NCBI GenBank assembly: GCA_031265025.1
Contig: JAISDF010000040.1
Coordinates: 1-32,940, forward strand
Direction: 5' to 3'
Length of the DNA: 32,940 nucleotides
DNA from: Spirochaetaceae bacterium
GTDB taxonomy: Bacteria; Spirochaetota; Spirochaetia; Treponematales; Breznakiellaceae
Shown: positions 1-7,181 of the stretch, in pieces
Layout: the number at the start of each line of letters is the position of its first letter
Numbering within the stretch: position 1 is the stretch's first letter
Made by a program: the position numbers and the translations under genes
Notes under the pieces: generated by a model
What the model was told of the DNA's origin: nothing
The model's input: the letters and a program-made list of their open reading frames with translations, nothing else
Databases searched by the model: none

Positions 1-527
1 CCCGAAAGGCTCAGGGTTTCGTGAAACTCAAGCAGGCTTCTGTCCGCGATGCTCACCCCTTTTCGCCGCCAGGACCCCTTACCGTCCTGTATACGGCGCT
101 CGGCCGCGTCTACCAGGGCAAGTTCTATGCGCAGGTTTGCAAGGGACGGGAGCAGGGGAGCGTAGATGAGTTCATTAAAAATGTCCCAAAAACTGCCCTT
201 CCTGGGGCTTTTACGCCGCCGTATCAGCGTTTCTTCGGTATCGTACAGTTCAATATAACAGGTTTTTATTACCGGATAGACAATAACGAGTTTTGCCTCC
301 CTGCTCAGGTTTTCCGCCTTCCTGTAAATGGCCGCGAAATTGGAAGTCTGTACCTCAATAATGGTCCCTGAGGCGTCTATGCCGTCGCAGACAAAGCCCT
401 TGTGGACTACCTCCGTACTCCCTCCCGCGCCGGTATAACGGATTTTAAGCGCCTCATGAAGGGAAGTTTCCCTGCGGGTGCCTATGCTGTTTGGCAGGGC
501 CCTTTTGGGGGTTTTGGCGGAACCCAT
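1..527 (-). CDS. CoiA-like / PD-(D/E)XK nuclease-fold protein, N-terminal 175 codons only (3' end lies left of the window)
   Basis: Absent from the supplied ORF track because it has no stop inside the window. My reverse-complement translation from ATG 527-525 stays open to position 1: MGSAKTPKRALPNSIGTRRETSLHEALKIRYTGAGGSTEVVHKGFVCDGIDASGTIIEVQTSNFAAIYRKAENLSREAKLVIVYPVIKTCYIELYDTEETLIRRRKSPRKGSFWDIFNELIYAPLLPSLANLRIELALVDAAERRIQDGKGSWRRKGVSIADRSLLEFHETLSLS. The D-x6-E-V-Q-T-S core resembles the D...ExQ/K motif of CoiA-type restriction-endonuclease-fold proteins. The start overlaps the stop of the upstream ORF (ATGA). Confidence 0.5.
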   Translation of the reverse strand, partial: MGSAKTPKRALPNSIGTRRETSLHEALKIRYTGAGGSTEVVHKGFVCDGIDASGTIIEVQTSNFAAIYRKAENLSREAKLVIVYPVIKTCYIELYDTEETLIRRRKSPRKGSFWDIFNELIYAPLLPSLANLRIELALVDAAERRIQDGKGSWRRKGVSIADRSLLEFHETLSLS

Positions 528-832
528 CAGCGCCTCCCCAGATAGGGGAGCAGTTCATCGGCGCTGAGCTGTTCAAGAAAGTGCAGGGTTTGGCTGCCCC
601 CCCGGTCTTCCTTGACCTTTATGCGTTCTACCCTGAATACAATCATTTTGTTGGTCGGCAGGGGAAAAGCCAGTTCCCGGCCGTTAATGTCGACCAGGGC
701 GTTTACCGTGAGCCTCCCCGGTATTTCCTGGGTATCCCCCTCGGGAAACACGATGAAATATTCATGTATGGTCATGGATCTAAGCATAGCCCAAATCACC
801 GGCAGGTAAAAGCTGTTGGCCCGTATAGGCAT
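527..832 (-). CDS. small hypothetical protein (up to 101 aa), no recognisable domain
   Basis: This ORF fills the otherwise GC-rich space between the AT-rich mraZ promoter region and the downstream nuclease-fold gene. Its stop overlaps that gene's ATG (ATGA). The start is uncertain: ATG 832 has no SD, and in-frame ATGs at 787 (weak GGTGAT 7 nt upstream) and 775 are alternatives. The overlapping + strand ORFs 491..910 and 612..809 look like shadow ORFs. Confidence 0.4.
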   Translation of the reverse strand: MPIRANSFYLPVIWAMLRSMTIHEYFIVFPEGDTQEIPGRLTVNALVDINGRELAFPLPTNKMIVFRVERIKVKEDRGGSQTLHFLEQLSADELLPYLGRR

Positions 833-902
833 ATACTAAACAAACGTATAGGAGTAAAGGGAACTTTTTTTACTATTTATAATATTTTCTTCGATAATTC
901 TG

Positions 903-930
903 TTGACTAAGGAATTTCATGTGTAATAAT
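903..930 (+). promoter_or_regulatory. candidate sigma-70 promoter of the mraZ/dcw operon
   Basis: TTGACT (903-908), 16-nt spacer, TG (922-923), then AATAAT (925-930), which gives an extended -10. It lies in the only long AT-rich stretch of the window (833-973). Confidence 0.4.
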
Positions 931-938
931 GTATTTAT

Positions 939-973
939 GTGGGTAAAAATGGGATAAAGTTGGATAAAGTGTC
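939..973 (+). promoter_or_regulatory. candidate MraZ operator: three direct repeats with about 10-nt periodicity
   Basis: GTGGG (939-943), TGGG (950-953) and TGGA (961-964). An exact 9-nt direct repeat GGATAAAGT occurs at 952-960 and 962-970. The AAAGTTGG and AAAGTGTC cores abut the mraZ ATG (974). This matches the known logic of MraZ binding to GTGGG-type or AAAGTG-type direct repeats spaced one helical turn apart. Confidence 0.4.
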
Positions 974-1435
974 ATGAATTATCTAACGGGAAAATACACC
1001 AATACTCTTGACGACAAAGGCCGCCTCAGCCTGCCGTCCCGCCTCAGGGCGGAACTTTCGGAAAGCGTTCTTGTGGTCAAGGAAGGTGAGGATCACTGCC
1101 TCTGGGCCTATCCGCCCGATCAATGGAAGCTGCTTTCCCAAACCATCATCGCGTCCACCAATCCCCTGCTGCCTGAGGACAGGCTCATAAGGCGGCGTTT
1201 TCTGGGCAGCGCCCAGGAGATAGAGATAGACAAGGCGGGCCGCGTGTCCCTGCCCCAGGCTCTCAGGGAGTCAGCTTCCCTATGCCGGGACTGCGTGATT
1301 CTCGGCCAGAACGACTATATAGAAATTTGGGACGCCAAAGAGTACGAGGGCTATGTTGAATCAAGCCAGGGAGCGTACCGCGCGGCCCTCGAAAAACTGG
1401 GAAATACCATGAAGCAAAACCGGGAGGGACTCTGA
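974..1435 (+). CDS. mraZ: division/cell-wall cluster transcriptional regulator MraZ
   Basis: 153 aa. The N-terminus YTNTLDDKGRLSLPSRLRAEL and the second repeat IEIDKAGRVSLPQALRE are the duplicated DxxxR SpoVT/AbrB-like MraZ motifs. It is the first gene of the dcw cluster. Confidence 0.95.
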   Translation: MNYLTGKYTNTLDDKGRLSLPSRLRAELSESVLVVKEGEDHCLWAYPPDQWKLLSQTIIASTNPLLPEDRLIRRRFLGSAQEIEIDKAGRVSLPQALRESASLCRDCVILGQNDYIEIWDAKEYEGYVESSQGAYRAALEKLGNTMKQNREGL

Positions 1436-2418
1436 TGGATATTGTTCATACCCCGGCGCTGCTTGAGGAAACCGTACAGTACCTTGGCCCCCGTTCCGGG
1501 GCGGAGCTCATGATAGACGCCACGCTGGGCGAGGGCGGGCACAGTTTCGCCTTTCTTTCCCGCTTCCCCGGTCTCCGCGTCATAGGCATAGACGCCGACG
1601 CCGGGATTCTTGCCATAGCCAGGGAAAGGCTCCAGGTCTTTGGCGATCGTGTGCGCTTTTATTCCCTTTGGTCCCATGATTTTTTCGCCAATCCTCCTCA
1701 CGACGCCGGCCGGCCCGACACCATACTCATTGATCTTGGGGTAAGCGTGTATCACTACGAAAAGAGCGGCAGGGGTTTCAGTTTCAGAAAAGATGAAGAC
1801 CTTGACATGCGTATAGACCCCTCACAGGGAGAAAGCGCCGCCGATCTTATAGGAAGGCTCGGCGAAAAAGAACTTGCCGATCTTCTGTACCACAATGCCG
1901 GTGAGCGCTATTCGCGCCGCATTGCCGGGGCCATAGTTGAAGCGCGGCGCCGGGGGGCGATCAGGCGCGCCGCTGTTTTAGCCGGCATAGTGGCCAGGGC
2001 GGTACCGTCCGGGTCCGCCTTTCATCCGGCGACAAAGACCTTCCAGGCCCTCCGCATAGCGGTTAACGGCGAGCTGGAACGGCTTCCTTCCCTCCTTGAA
2101 GACGCCCTAAAAAATCTCAAGGCCGGGGGAAGAATGGGTATCATTTCCTTTCATTCGGCCGAGGACCGCATTGTCAAGCGTTTTTTCAGGGACAAGAGCG
2201 GCGCTTCCGGGAACCGGGACGGCGTTTCGGGCGGAAGCCGGGACTCTACCTCCCGCCGGGATACGCCGATATGTAGAAATAGGGATCATAAGGCGGTACG
2301 CCTTCTGACCCGTAAAGCCATCAGTCCCGGCGAGGAAGAACGCCGGGCCAATCCTCCGTCCAGGAGCGCCAGGCTCAGGGTGGTGGAAAAAATGTACGAT
2401 GAGGAATGTGCGTCATGA
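1435..2418 (+). CDS. rsmH: 16S rRNA (cytosine1402-N4)-methyltransferase RsmH (MraW)
   Basis: 327 aa. Motifs HTPALLEE, DATLGEGGHS, DLGVS, FQALRIAVNGEL, ISFHSAEDRIVKRFF and NPPSRSARLRVVEK. TGATG overlap with mraZ. Confidence 0.95.
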   Translation: MDIVHTPALLEETVQYLGPRSGAELMIDATLGEGGHSFAFLSRFPGLRVIGIDADAGILAIARERLQVFGDRVRFYSLWSHDFFANPPHDAGRPDTILIDLGVSVYHYEKSGRGFSFRKDEDLDMRIDPSQGESAADLIGRLGEKELADLLYHNAGERYSRRIAGAIVEARRRGAIRRAAVLAGIVARAVPSGSAFHPATKTFQALRIAVNGELERLPSLLEDALKNLKAGGRMGIISFHSAEDRIVKRFFRDKSGASGNRDGVSGGSRDSTSRRDTPICRNRDHKAVRLLTRKAISPGEEERRANPPSRSARLRVVEKMYDEECAS

Positions 2419-2705
2419 AGCGGTTTTCGCTCTATGTGTTTGCCCTTACCATACCCCTCATGCTGGGCGTCGCCGCCTGGCAGTCCCTGCGTTATACGGC
2501 GCTTGAAAAAGAAATCACCCGCCTTGAGGAAGCCCAGCGGGAATGGATAGACAGCAATAAAAGGCTCATAGCCGGTATAGCCGTACTTTCATCGGCGGAA
2601 CGTATTGAGCATATAGCCAAAGAAGAACTCGGACTGGTCAAAAAGGAACCCGAAGAGGTGCTCCAGATACGCATTGCGGGGAGGGAACGGGGTGACGAGA
2701 GATAA
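2415..2705 (+). CDS. ftsL: FtsL-like cell division protein (single N-terminal TM helix plus coiled coil)
   Basis: Canonical position after rsmH. MKRFSLYVFALTIPLMLGVAAW is a TM helix, followed by LEKEITRLEEAQREW. I prefer ATG 2415 (ATGA overlap with the rsmH stop) over ATG 2406 from the track. Confidence 0.6.
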   Translation: MKRFSLYVFALTIPLMLGVAAWQSLRYTALEKEITRLEEAQREWIDSNKRLIAGIAVLSSAERIEHIAKEELGLVKKEPEEVLQIRIAGRERGDER

Positions 2706-2712
2706 GGGTCTC

Positions 2713-4146
2713 ATGAAAATAGACAGCCTTGCCCGCGTTCTCAAAGGCTCTGTCTCCGGCGGGGCTGCCGGGGAAAGTTTCTTTTCCGTTTCCATTGACT
2801 CCCGGACTGTCGAAGAGGGCGCCCTCTTTGTCGCCCTGCGGGGAAGCGCTGACGACGGGCACAAGTATGTTTCCCGGGCCTTTGAAAGGGGCGCGGCGGC
2901 CGCCCTGGTATGCCGTTCAGCCTTTGAAAAAAACGAATACGGCCTCAAAGACTGCCGGGGCGTCCTCATCGTTGTGGACAATACCCTCATCGCCCTGCAG
3001 GACGCCGCGAGAGCATACCTCGAACAGTTTCCCGCCCTTCTTAAAATCGGCATTACCGGTTCATCGGGAAAAACCACCACCAAGGAAATCGCCGGCGCCA
3101 TCATAGGCCGGGAAAAAAACCTGGTTATGAACCCCGGCAATCTCAATTCCGAAACAGGGCTTCCCCTGGCGGTGTTCAATGTACGAGCCTGTCACGAGGT
3201 GGGTGTCTTTGAAATGGGCATGAACCGCCGGGGCGAAATCGCCGAACTTGCCCGGATACTTAAACCTCAGCTTGCCCTTGTTACAAACATAGGGACTGCC
3301 CATATCGGAATTCTCGGCACAAAAGAGGCCATAGCCCAAGAAAAAAAGGAAATTTTTTCCTGTTTTACCGGAACGGAAACGGCCCTTATTCCCTTTGATT
3401 CCGAATTCGCCGAATTCTTGGGGAAAGATGTCAACGGCAGGGTAAAGTACTTTGGTTTTGAGAAAGGCGCTTCCTTTGAGGTCTCGCGGGATTTGGGCCT
3501 GCGGGGAACAGAATTGATGTGGGAGGGGAAACCGGTCCGCTTCGGCCTGCCGGGGCGTTACAACCTTGCCAACGCCCTGGCAGCCGCCGCGCTCGCGTCC
3601 GAGGTTCCGGTAAGCGCTGAGGCGATACGGCGGGGGCTCGAATCGGTTAAGCCCCTTTCCGGCCGGGGCGAGATATGTCCCGGCCCGGTTACGGTGATCA
3701 AAGACTGTTACAACGCCAATCCCGAAGCCGTGCTTGAGGCTGTGGGTTTCGCCGATTCGCTTTCCTGGGAGGGAAGAAAGATATATGTGATAGGCTCAAT
3801 GCTTGAACTGGGAGAATATTCAGGCGCGGCCCACAGAGCGGCCGGAAAGGCTCTGGCGGGCTCTGACGCCGACATGGTTTTTCTTTTTGGAAAGGAAACC
3901 CTTCCGGCCCTGGCCTTTCGGGACGGACCGGGCCGGGCCGTTGGGTCAAAAAAAACGCGGGAATGGTTTTACACCGAAGACATGGAAAAGCTGTCCGGGA
4001 AACTCCGTTCCGTTCTGCGGCCCGGCGATCTTGTGCTCCTCAAGGGTTCCCGGGGAACCGCCCTGGAGCGGCTCATGGCTGTGATTGAAGTTCAGGAAAA
4101 GATGCTCAAGGCAGGGGCGCTTCAAACCGGGGAGGTCCTTGGATGA
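2713..4146 (+). CDS. murF: UDP-N-acetylmuramoyl-tripeptide--D-alanyl-D-alanine ligase MurF
   Basis: IDSRTVEEGALFVALRGSADDGHKY, the P-loop GITGSSGKTTTKE, NIGTAHIG, and DCYNANP in the C-terminal domain. The track start 2674 (TTG) lies inside ftsL. ATG 2713 gives the usual MurF N-terminus; GTG 2692 is an alternative. Confidence 0.9.
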   Translation: MKIDSLARVLKGSVSGGAAGESFFSVSIDSRTVEEGALFVALRGSADDGHKYVSRAFERGAAAALVCRSAFEKNEYGLKDCRGVLIVVDNTLIALQDAARAYLEQFPALLKIGITGSSGKTTTKEIAGAIIGREKNLVMNPGNLNSETGLPLAVFNVRACHEVGVFEMGMNRRGEIAELARILKPQLALVTNIGTAHIGILGTKEAIAQEKKEIFSCFTGTETALIPFDSEFAEFLGKDVNGRVKYFGFEKGASFEVSRDLGLRGTELMWEGKPVRFGLPGRYNLANALAAAALASEVPVSAEAIRRGLESVKPLSGRGEICPGPVTVIKDCYNANPEAVLEAVGFADSLSWEGRKIYVIGSMLELGEYSGAAHRAAGKALAGSDADMVFLFGKETLPALAFRDGPGRAVGSKKTREWFYTEDMEKLSGKLRSVLRPGDLVLLKGSRGTALERLMAVIEVQEKMLKAGALQTGEVLG

Positions 4147-5222
4147 TTCTTGAATTCCTGTATCCGCTGGTAAAGTATTTTACCCCCTTCAACGTATTCC
4201 AGTACCTCACCTTTCGCGGCGCCTACGCGGCCATGACAAGCCTTTTCATCTGTTTTGTTTTTGGCCCCCGCATCATTGAGGCTCTCAGGCGTCTCAAGGT
4301 GGGCCAGTCCATACGGGGCGACGGGCCTGCCTCCCATCTCAGCAAGGGTGGGACCCCTACCATGGGCGGAGTTCTGATTATTCTTTCGGTGCTTGCCGCG
4401 ACCCTGCTCTGGCAGGACCTGGACAATTTCAGGGTTTGGCTGACCCTTGGAGCCTTTGCGGGTTTCGGCCTTGTGGGTTTTATTGACGACTATCTCAAGG
4501 TGAAACGGCATAATTCAGACGGGATTTCCGTCAGGGCCAAACTTGCCGGCCAGTTTATTGTGGCCCTTGCCATAACGCTGATACTGTACTTCCGGGGGGA
4601 GGAGGGGATGAGCCTGCTCTACATACCCTTCTTCAAAAATCCGGTTGTGGATATGGGCGCGCTCTGGATACCCTTCGCGGTGCTGCTCCTTGTAGGCGAA
4701 TCCAACGCCGTCAACCTTACCGACGGTCTTGACGGCCTTGCCTCGGGGCTGATGCTTCTCATGTTCATAGCCCTTGCGATACTCTGCTATCTTTCCGGCC
4801 GCGCCGACTTTTCATCTTATTTGGGCATCCCCTATATCAAGGGCGCCGGGGAACTCACCGTGTTCTGCCTTGCCATGGTCGGGGCCTGCATAGGCTTTTT
4901 ATGGTTCAATACCCATCCCGCCGAGGTTTTCATGGGCGATGTGGGAAGCCTTTCCCTGGGAGGCGTCGCCGCGACGCTCTCGCTTATTCTCAAAAAGGAG
5001 ATTCTCATTCTCATCATAGGCGGCGTCTTTGTGCTTGAGGCAGCCTCGGTAATTGTGCAGGTAGCCAGCTATAAACTGCGGAAGAAGCGGGTGTTCAGGA
5101 TGGCGCCCCTTCATCATCATTTTGAACTTTCGGGATGGGCGGAGAGCAAGGTGGTAATCCGCTTCTGGCTTTTGGGCGGGCTTTTCGCCATTATCGCCCT
5201 TTCAACATTGAAGATACAGTGA
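4143..5222 (+). CDS. mraY: phospho-N-acetylmuramoyl-pentapeptide transferase MraY
   Basis: 359 aa polytopic membrane protein. Motifs NVFQYLTFRG, GTPTMGG, GFIDDYLKV, NAVNLTDGLDGLA and MAPLHHHFELSGW. ATGA overlap with the murF stop. Confidence 0.96.
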   Translation: MILEFLYPLVKYFTPFNVFQYLTFRGAYAAMTSLFICFVFGPRIIEALRRLKVGQSIRGDGPASHLSKGGTPTMGGVLIILSVLAATLLWQDLDNFRVWLTLGAFAGFGLVGFIDDYLKVKRHNSDGISVRAKLAGQFIVALAITLILYFRGEEGMSLLYIPFFKNPVVDMGALWIPFAVLLLVGESNAVNLTDGLDGLASGLMLLMFIALAILCYLSGRADFSSYLGIPYIKGAGELTVFCLAMVGACIGFLWFNTHPAEVFMGDVGSLSLGGVAATLSLILKKEILILIIGGVFVLEAASVIVQVASYKLRKKRVFRMAPLHHHFELSGWAESKVVIRFWLLGGLFAIIALSTLKIQ

Positions 5223-6364
5223 TGATATATCAATTTGACGGGGGCTTTCCCGGCGCGAAAAAACACGCCGATCATGTCCTCATTGCCAGCATACTGCTCC
5301 TCACCGGCCTCGGCCTGGTAAGCCTTTACTCGGCTTCCTACGGTTTTTCCGAACGCTTTTTCGGCGACAGCTTCTATTTGATTTTCCGCCAGGGTATTTT
5401 CGCCCTCTTCGGCCTGGTTCTCTTTTTTCTCGCGTCCTGGATAGATCTTGAATTTATACGGAAGTGGGTAAAACCCCTGGTCCTGGGAGCGGCGCTGCTC
5501 TGCGTCCTGACCTTTGTACCCGGCATAGGCGTTACCAAAAACGGCGCGTCCCGGTGGATTAAGATTTTTTCTTCCAGCTACCAGCCGTCCGAGCTGGTGA
5601 AACTGGTGCTGCCCCTGTACCTTGCCCACATATTCGCCAAGAAGGAAGACCGCATTGATGAACTCGGTTCGGCGGTCCTGCCCCCGGCCCTGGTAAGCGC
5701 GGGTTTTTTCTTCCTCATTTACCGGCAGAACAATTTTTCGACAGCCCTGTTTATCGCGGTAAATGCCCTTGTGCTGTTCTTCCTTGCCGGGGTAAGAATG
5801 CGCCATCTTTTTTCGGCCCTGGCCCTGCTGCTTCCCTTTTCGGCGCTGTTTGTGCTGACCAGGGAACACCGGCTCAGGCGCCTTATCAGTTTCTTCTGGC
5901 CCCAATGGGAACCCCTGGGGGCGGGGTATCAGGTCCGCTCCTCGGTGCTGACCGTCGCCTCAGGCGCCTTCTGGGGCAGGGGCATGGGCCACGGCATACG
6001 GAAGATAGCCAGCGTGCCGGAAGTTCACTCCGATTTTATTTTTGCCTCCTTCGCGGAGGAAGCCGGTCTTCTCGGCGTGCTTCTCTTTTGGATACTTTTT
6101 ACCGTCTTTGCCGTCAGGGGTTACCGGGCGGCCCTGTATTCCGGGGACAGTTTCAGGCGGCTTCTTGCCGGGGCGCTCGTTACGGGCATCGTGTCCCAGG
6201 CCCTGCTCAATGTGGCCGTGGTTTCGGGCGCCATGCCCGCCACCGGGATTCCCCTGCCGTTTTTTTCCGCCGGCGGATCTTCCCTGGCGACTACCCTTTT
6301 AACCGCGGGGCTCATTGTCAACGTGTCCCGTCAGAGCAGCGAGGAGGACGCCGGTGCCAGGTAA
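5222..6364 (+). CDS. ftsW: SEDS-family peptidoglycan glycosyltransferase FtsW
   Basis: 380 aa multi-TM protein. Motifs QPSELVKL, PEVHSDFIFASFAEEAGLLG and GIPLPFFSAGGSS. dcw position is after mraY. ATG 5222 overlaps the mraY stop (TGATG). The track start 5135 would overlap mraY by 88 nt. Confidence 0.88.
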   Translation: MIYQFDGGFPGAKKHADHVLIASILLLTGLGLVSLYSASYGFSERFFGDSFYLIFRQGIFALFGLVLFFLASWIDLEFIRKWVKPLVLGAALLCVLTFVPGIGVTKNGASRWIKIFSSSYQPSELVKLVLPLYLAHIFAKKEDRIDELGSAVLPPALVSAGFFFLIYRQNNFSTALFIAVNALVLFFLAGVRMRHLFSALALLLPFSALFVLTREHRLRRLISFFWPQWEPLGAGYQVRSSVLTVASGAFWGRGMGHGIRKIASVPEVHSDFIFASFAEEAGLLGVLLFWILFTVFAVRGYRAALYSGDSFRRLLAGALVTGIVSQALLNVAVVSGAMPATGIPLPFFSAGGSSLATTLLTAGLIVNVSRQSSEEDAGAR

Positions 6365-7181
6365 CGTGTATATTGCCGGGGCTGAAGGCGCGCGCGCCCA
6401 ATCCCGGTCGGACAAAATACTCAAAAGGCTGCTCATGGTACTGGCGATGATACTCGCCGTCGAACTGGTATGGCTGTTCGGGATTACCCCCTGTATGCCC
6501 TTTAACCATATTGAAGTCCGGGGCCTTCCCGAACTGAGCGACGCCGAAGTCATAGCCAGGGCGGGAATAGTTTCTTCTTCGTCCTTTGTCAATTTTAACA
6601 GCGTTGAGGCGGCCCGCGCCCTTGAGGAACTGTATATGGTGGGAGAGGCCCTGGTGGAAAAACGCTTTCCCGATACCCTGCGCGTTACCCTGAAGCCAAG
6701 AAGGGCCTGCGCCCTGGCCTTCGCGGAGTACCGGGGAAAAATCTGCCCCGTGTTTTTTGACCAGGAAGGCGTGATATTCAGGATAGGCGCCGCCGAAGGT
6801 GAACTAAAGGCGTTAAGCGAAAAACTTCCCATTATTTCGGGCCTTGTCTTTGAAGACCTGAAACCCGGCCTGACTCTTCCCGAAGATTTAAGGCCCCTGC
6901 TGGAAAATCTTGAGGGCATCAATGCCCGCAATCCTCTGCTTCTTTCGCTGATTTCAGAAATCAGGGTACATAAAAAACTCTATGACGGGTATGAACTGGT
7001 GCTGTATCCCGCTCACGCGCCTGTCCGTTTCAGGGTGGGGCCTGAGCTTAACGAAGAAACGCTCCGGTATATTATGCTGGTCATTGATGTATTCAAGAGC
7101 CAGGGTGTGGAAATCGACGAAATAGATTTCCGCACAGGCACGGCGTCATTCAAGCCAAAGGAGGTCCGTTCTGTCCAATGA
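6354..7181 (+). CDS. ftsQ: cell division protein FtsQ/DivIB (TM helix plus POTRA domain)
   Basis: TM helix LLMVLAMILAVELVWLFG, followed by the POTRA-like IEVRGLPELSDAEVIARAGI. It lies between ftsW and ftsA. GTG 6354 sits 6 nt after GAGGAGG (6341-6347). TTG 6315 (track), GTG 6366 and ATG 6435 are alternatives. Confidence 0.75.
   Translation: MPGNVYIAGAEGARAQSRSDKILKRLLMVLAMILAVELVWLFGITPCMPFNHIEVRGLPELSDAEVIARAGIVSSSSFVNFNSVEAARALEELYMVGEALVEKRFPDTLRVTLKPRRACALAFAEYRGKICPVFFDQEGVIFRIGAAEGELKALSEKLPIISGLVFEDLKPGLTLPEDLRPLLENLEGINARNPLLLSLISEIRVHKKLYDGYELVLYPAHAPVRFRVGPELNEETLRYIMLVIDVFKSQGVEIDEIDFRTGTASFKPKEVRSVQ

Noticed and set aside
878-883. Perfect TATAAT hexamer upstream of the called mraZ promoter.
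   Set aside because: No acceptable -35 lies 16-18 nt upstream (GTAAAG region). It may be a second promoter or serve the divergent gene, but in a 140-nt AT-rich tract a lone hexamer is weak evidence.
21-910. + strand ORFs 21..371 (116 aa), 491..910 (139 aa) and 612..809 (65 aa) at the left edge.
   Set aside because: The minus-strand frames give a nuclease-fold motif and an ATGA-coupled pair that ends exactly at the AT-rich promoter region. The + strand ORFs have no SD or motif and would run into the mraZ promoter. This choice is made by eye and remains only moderately confident.
5117-6450. A minus-strand 262-aa ORF and a + strand alternative-frame 181-aa ORF inside ftsW.
   Set aside because: Both are Arg/Gly/Pro/Gln-rich frame artefacts. 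The ftsW frame gives a coherent multi-TM SEDS protein.
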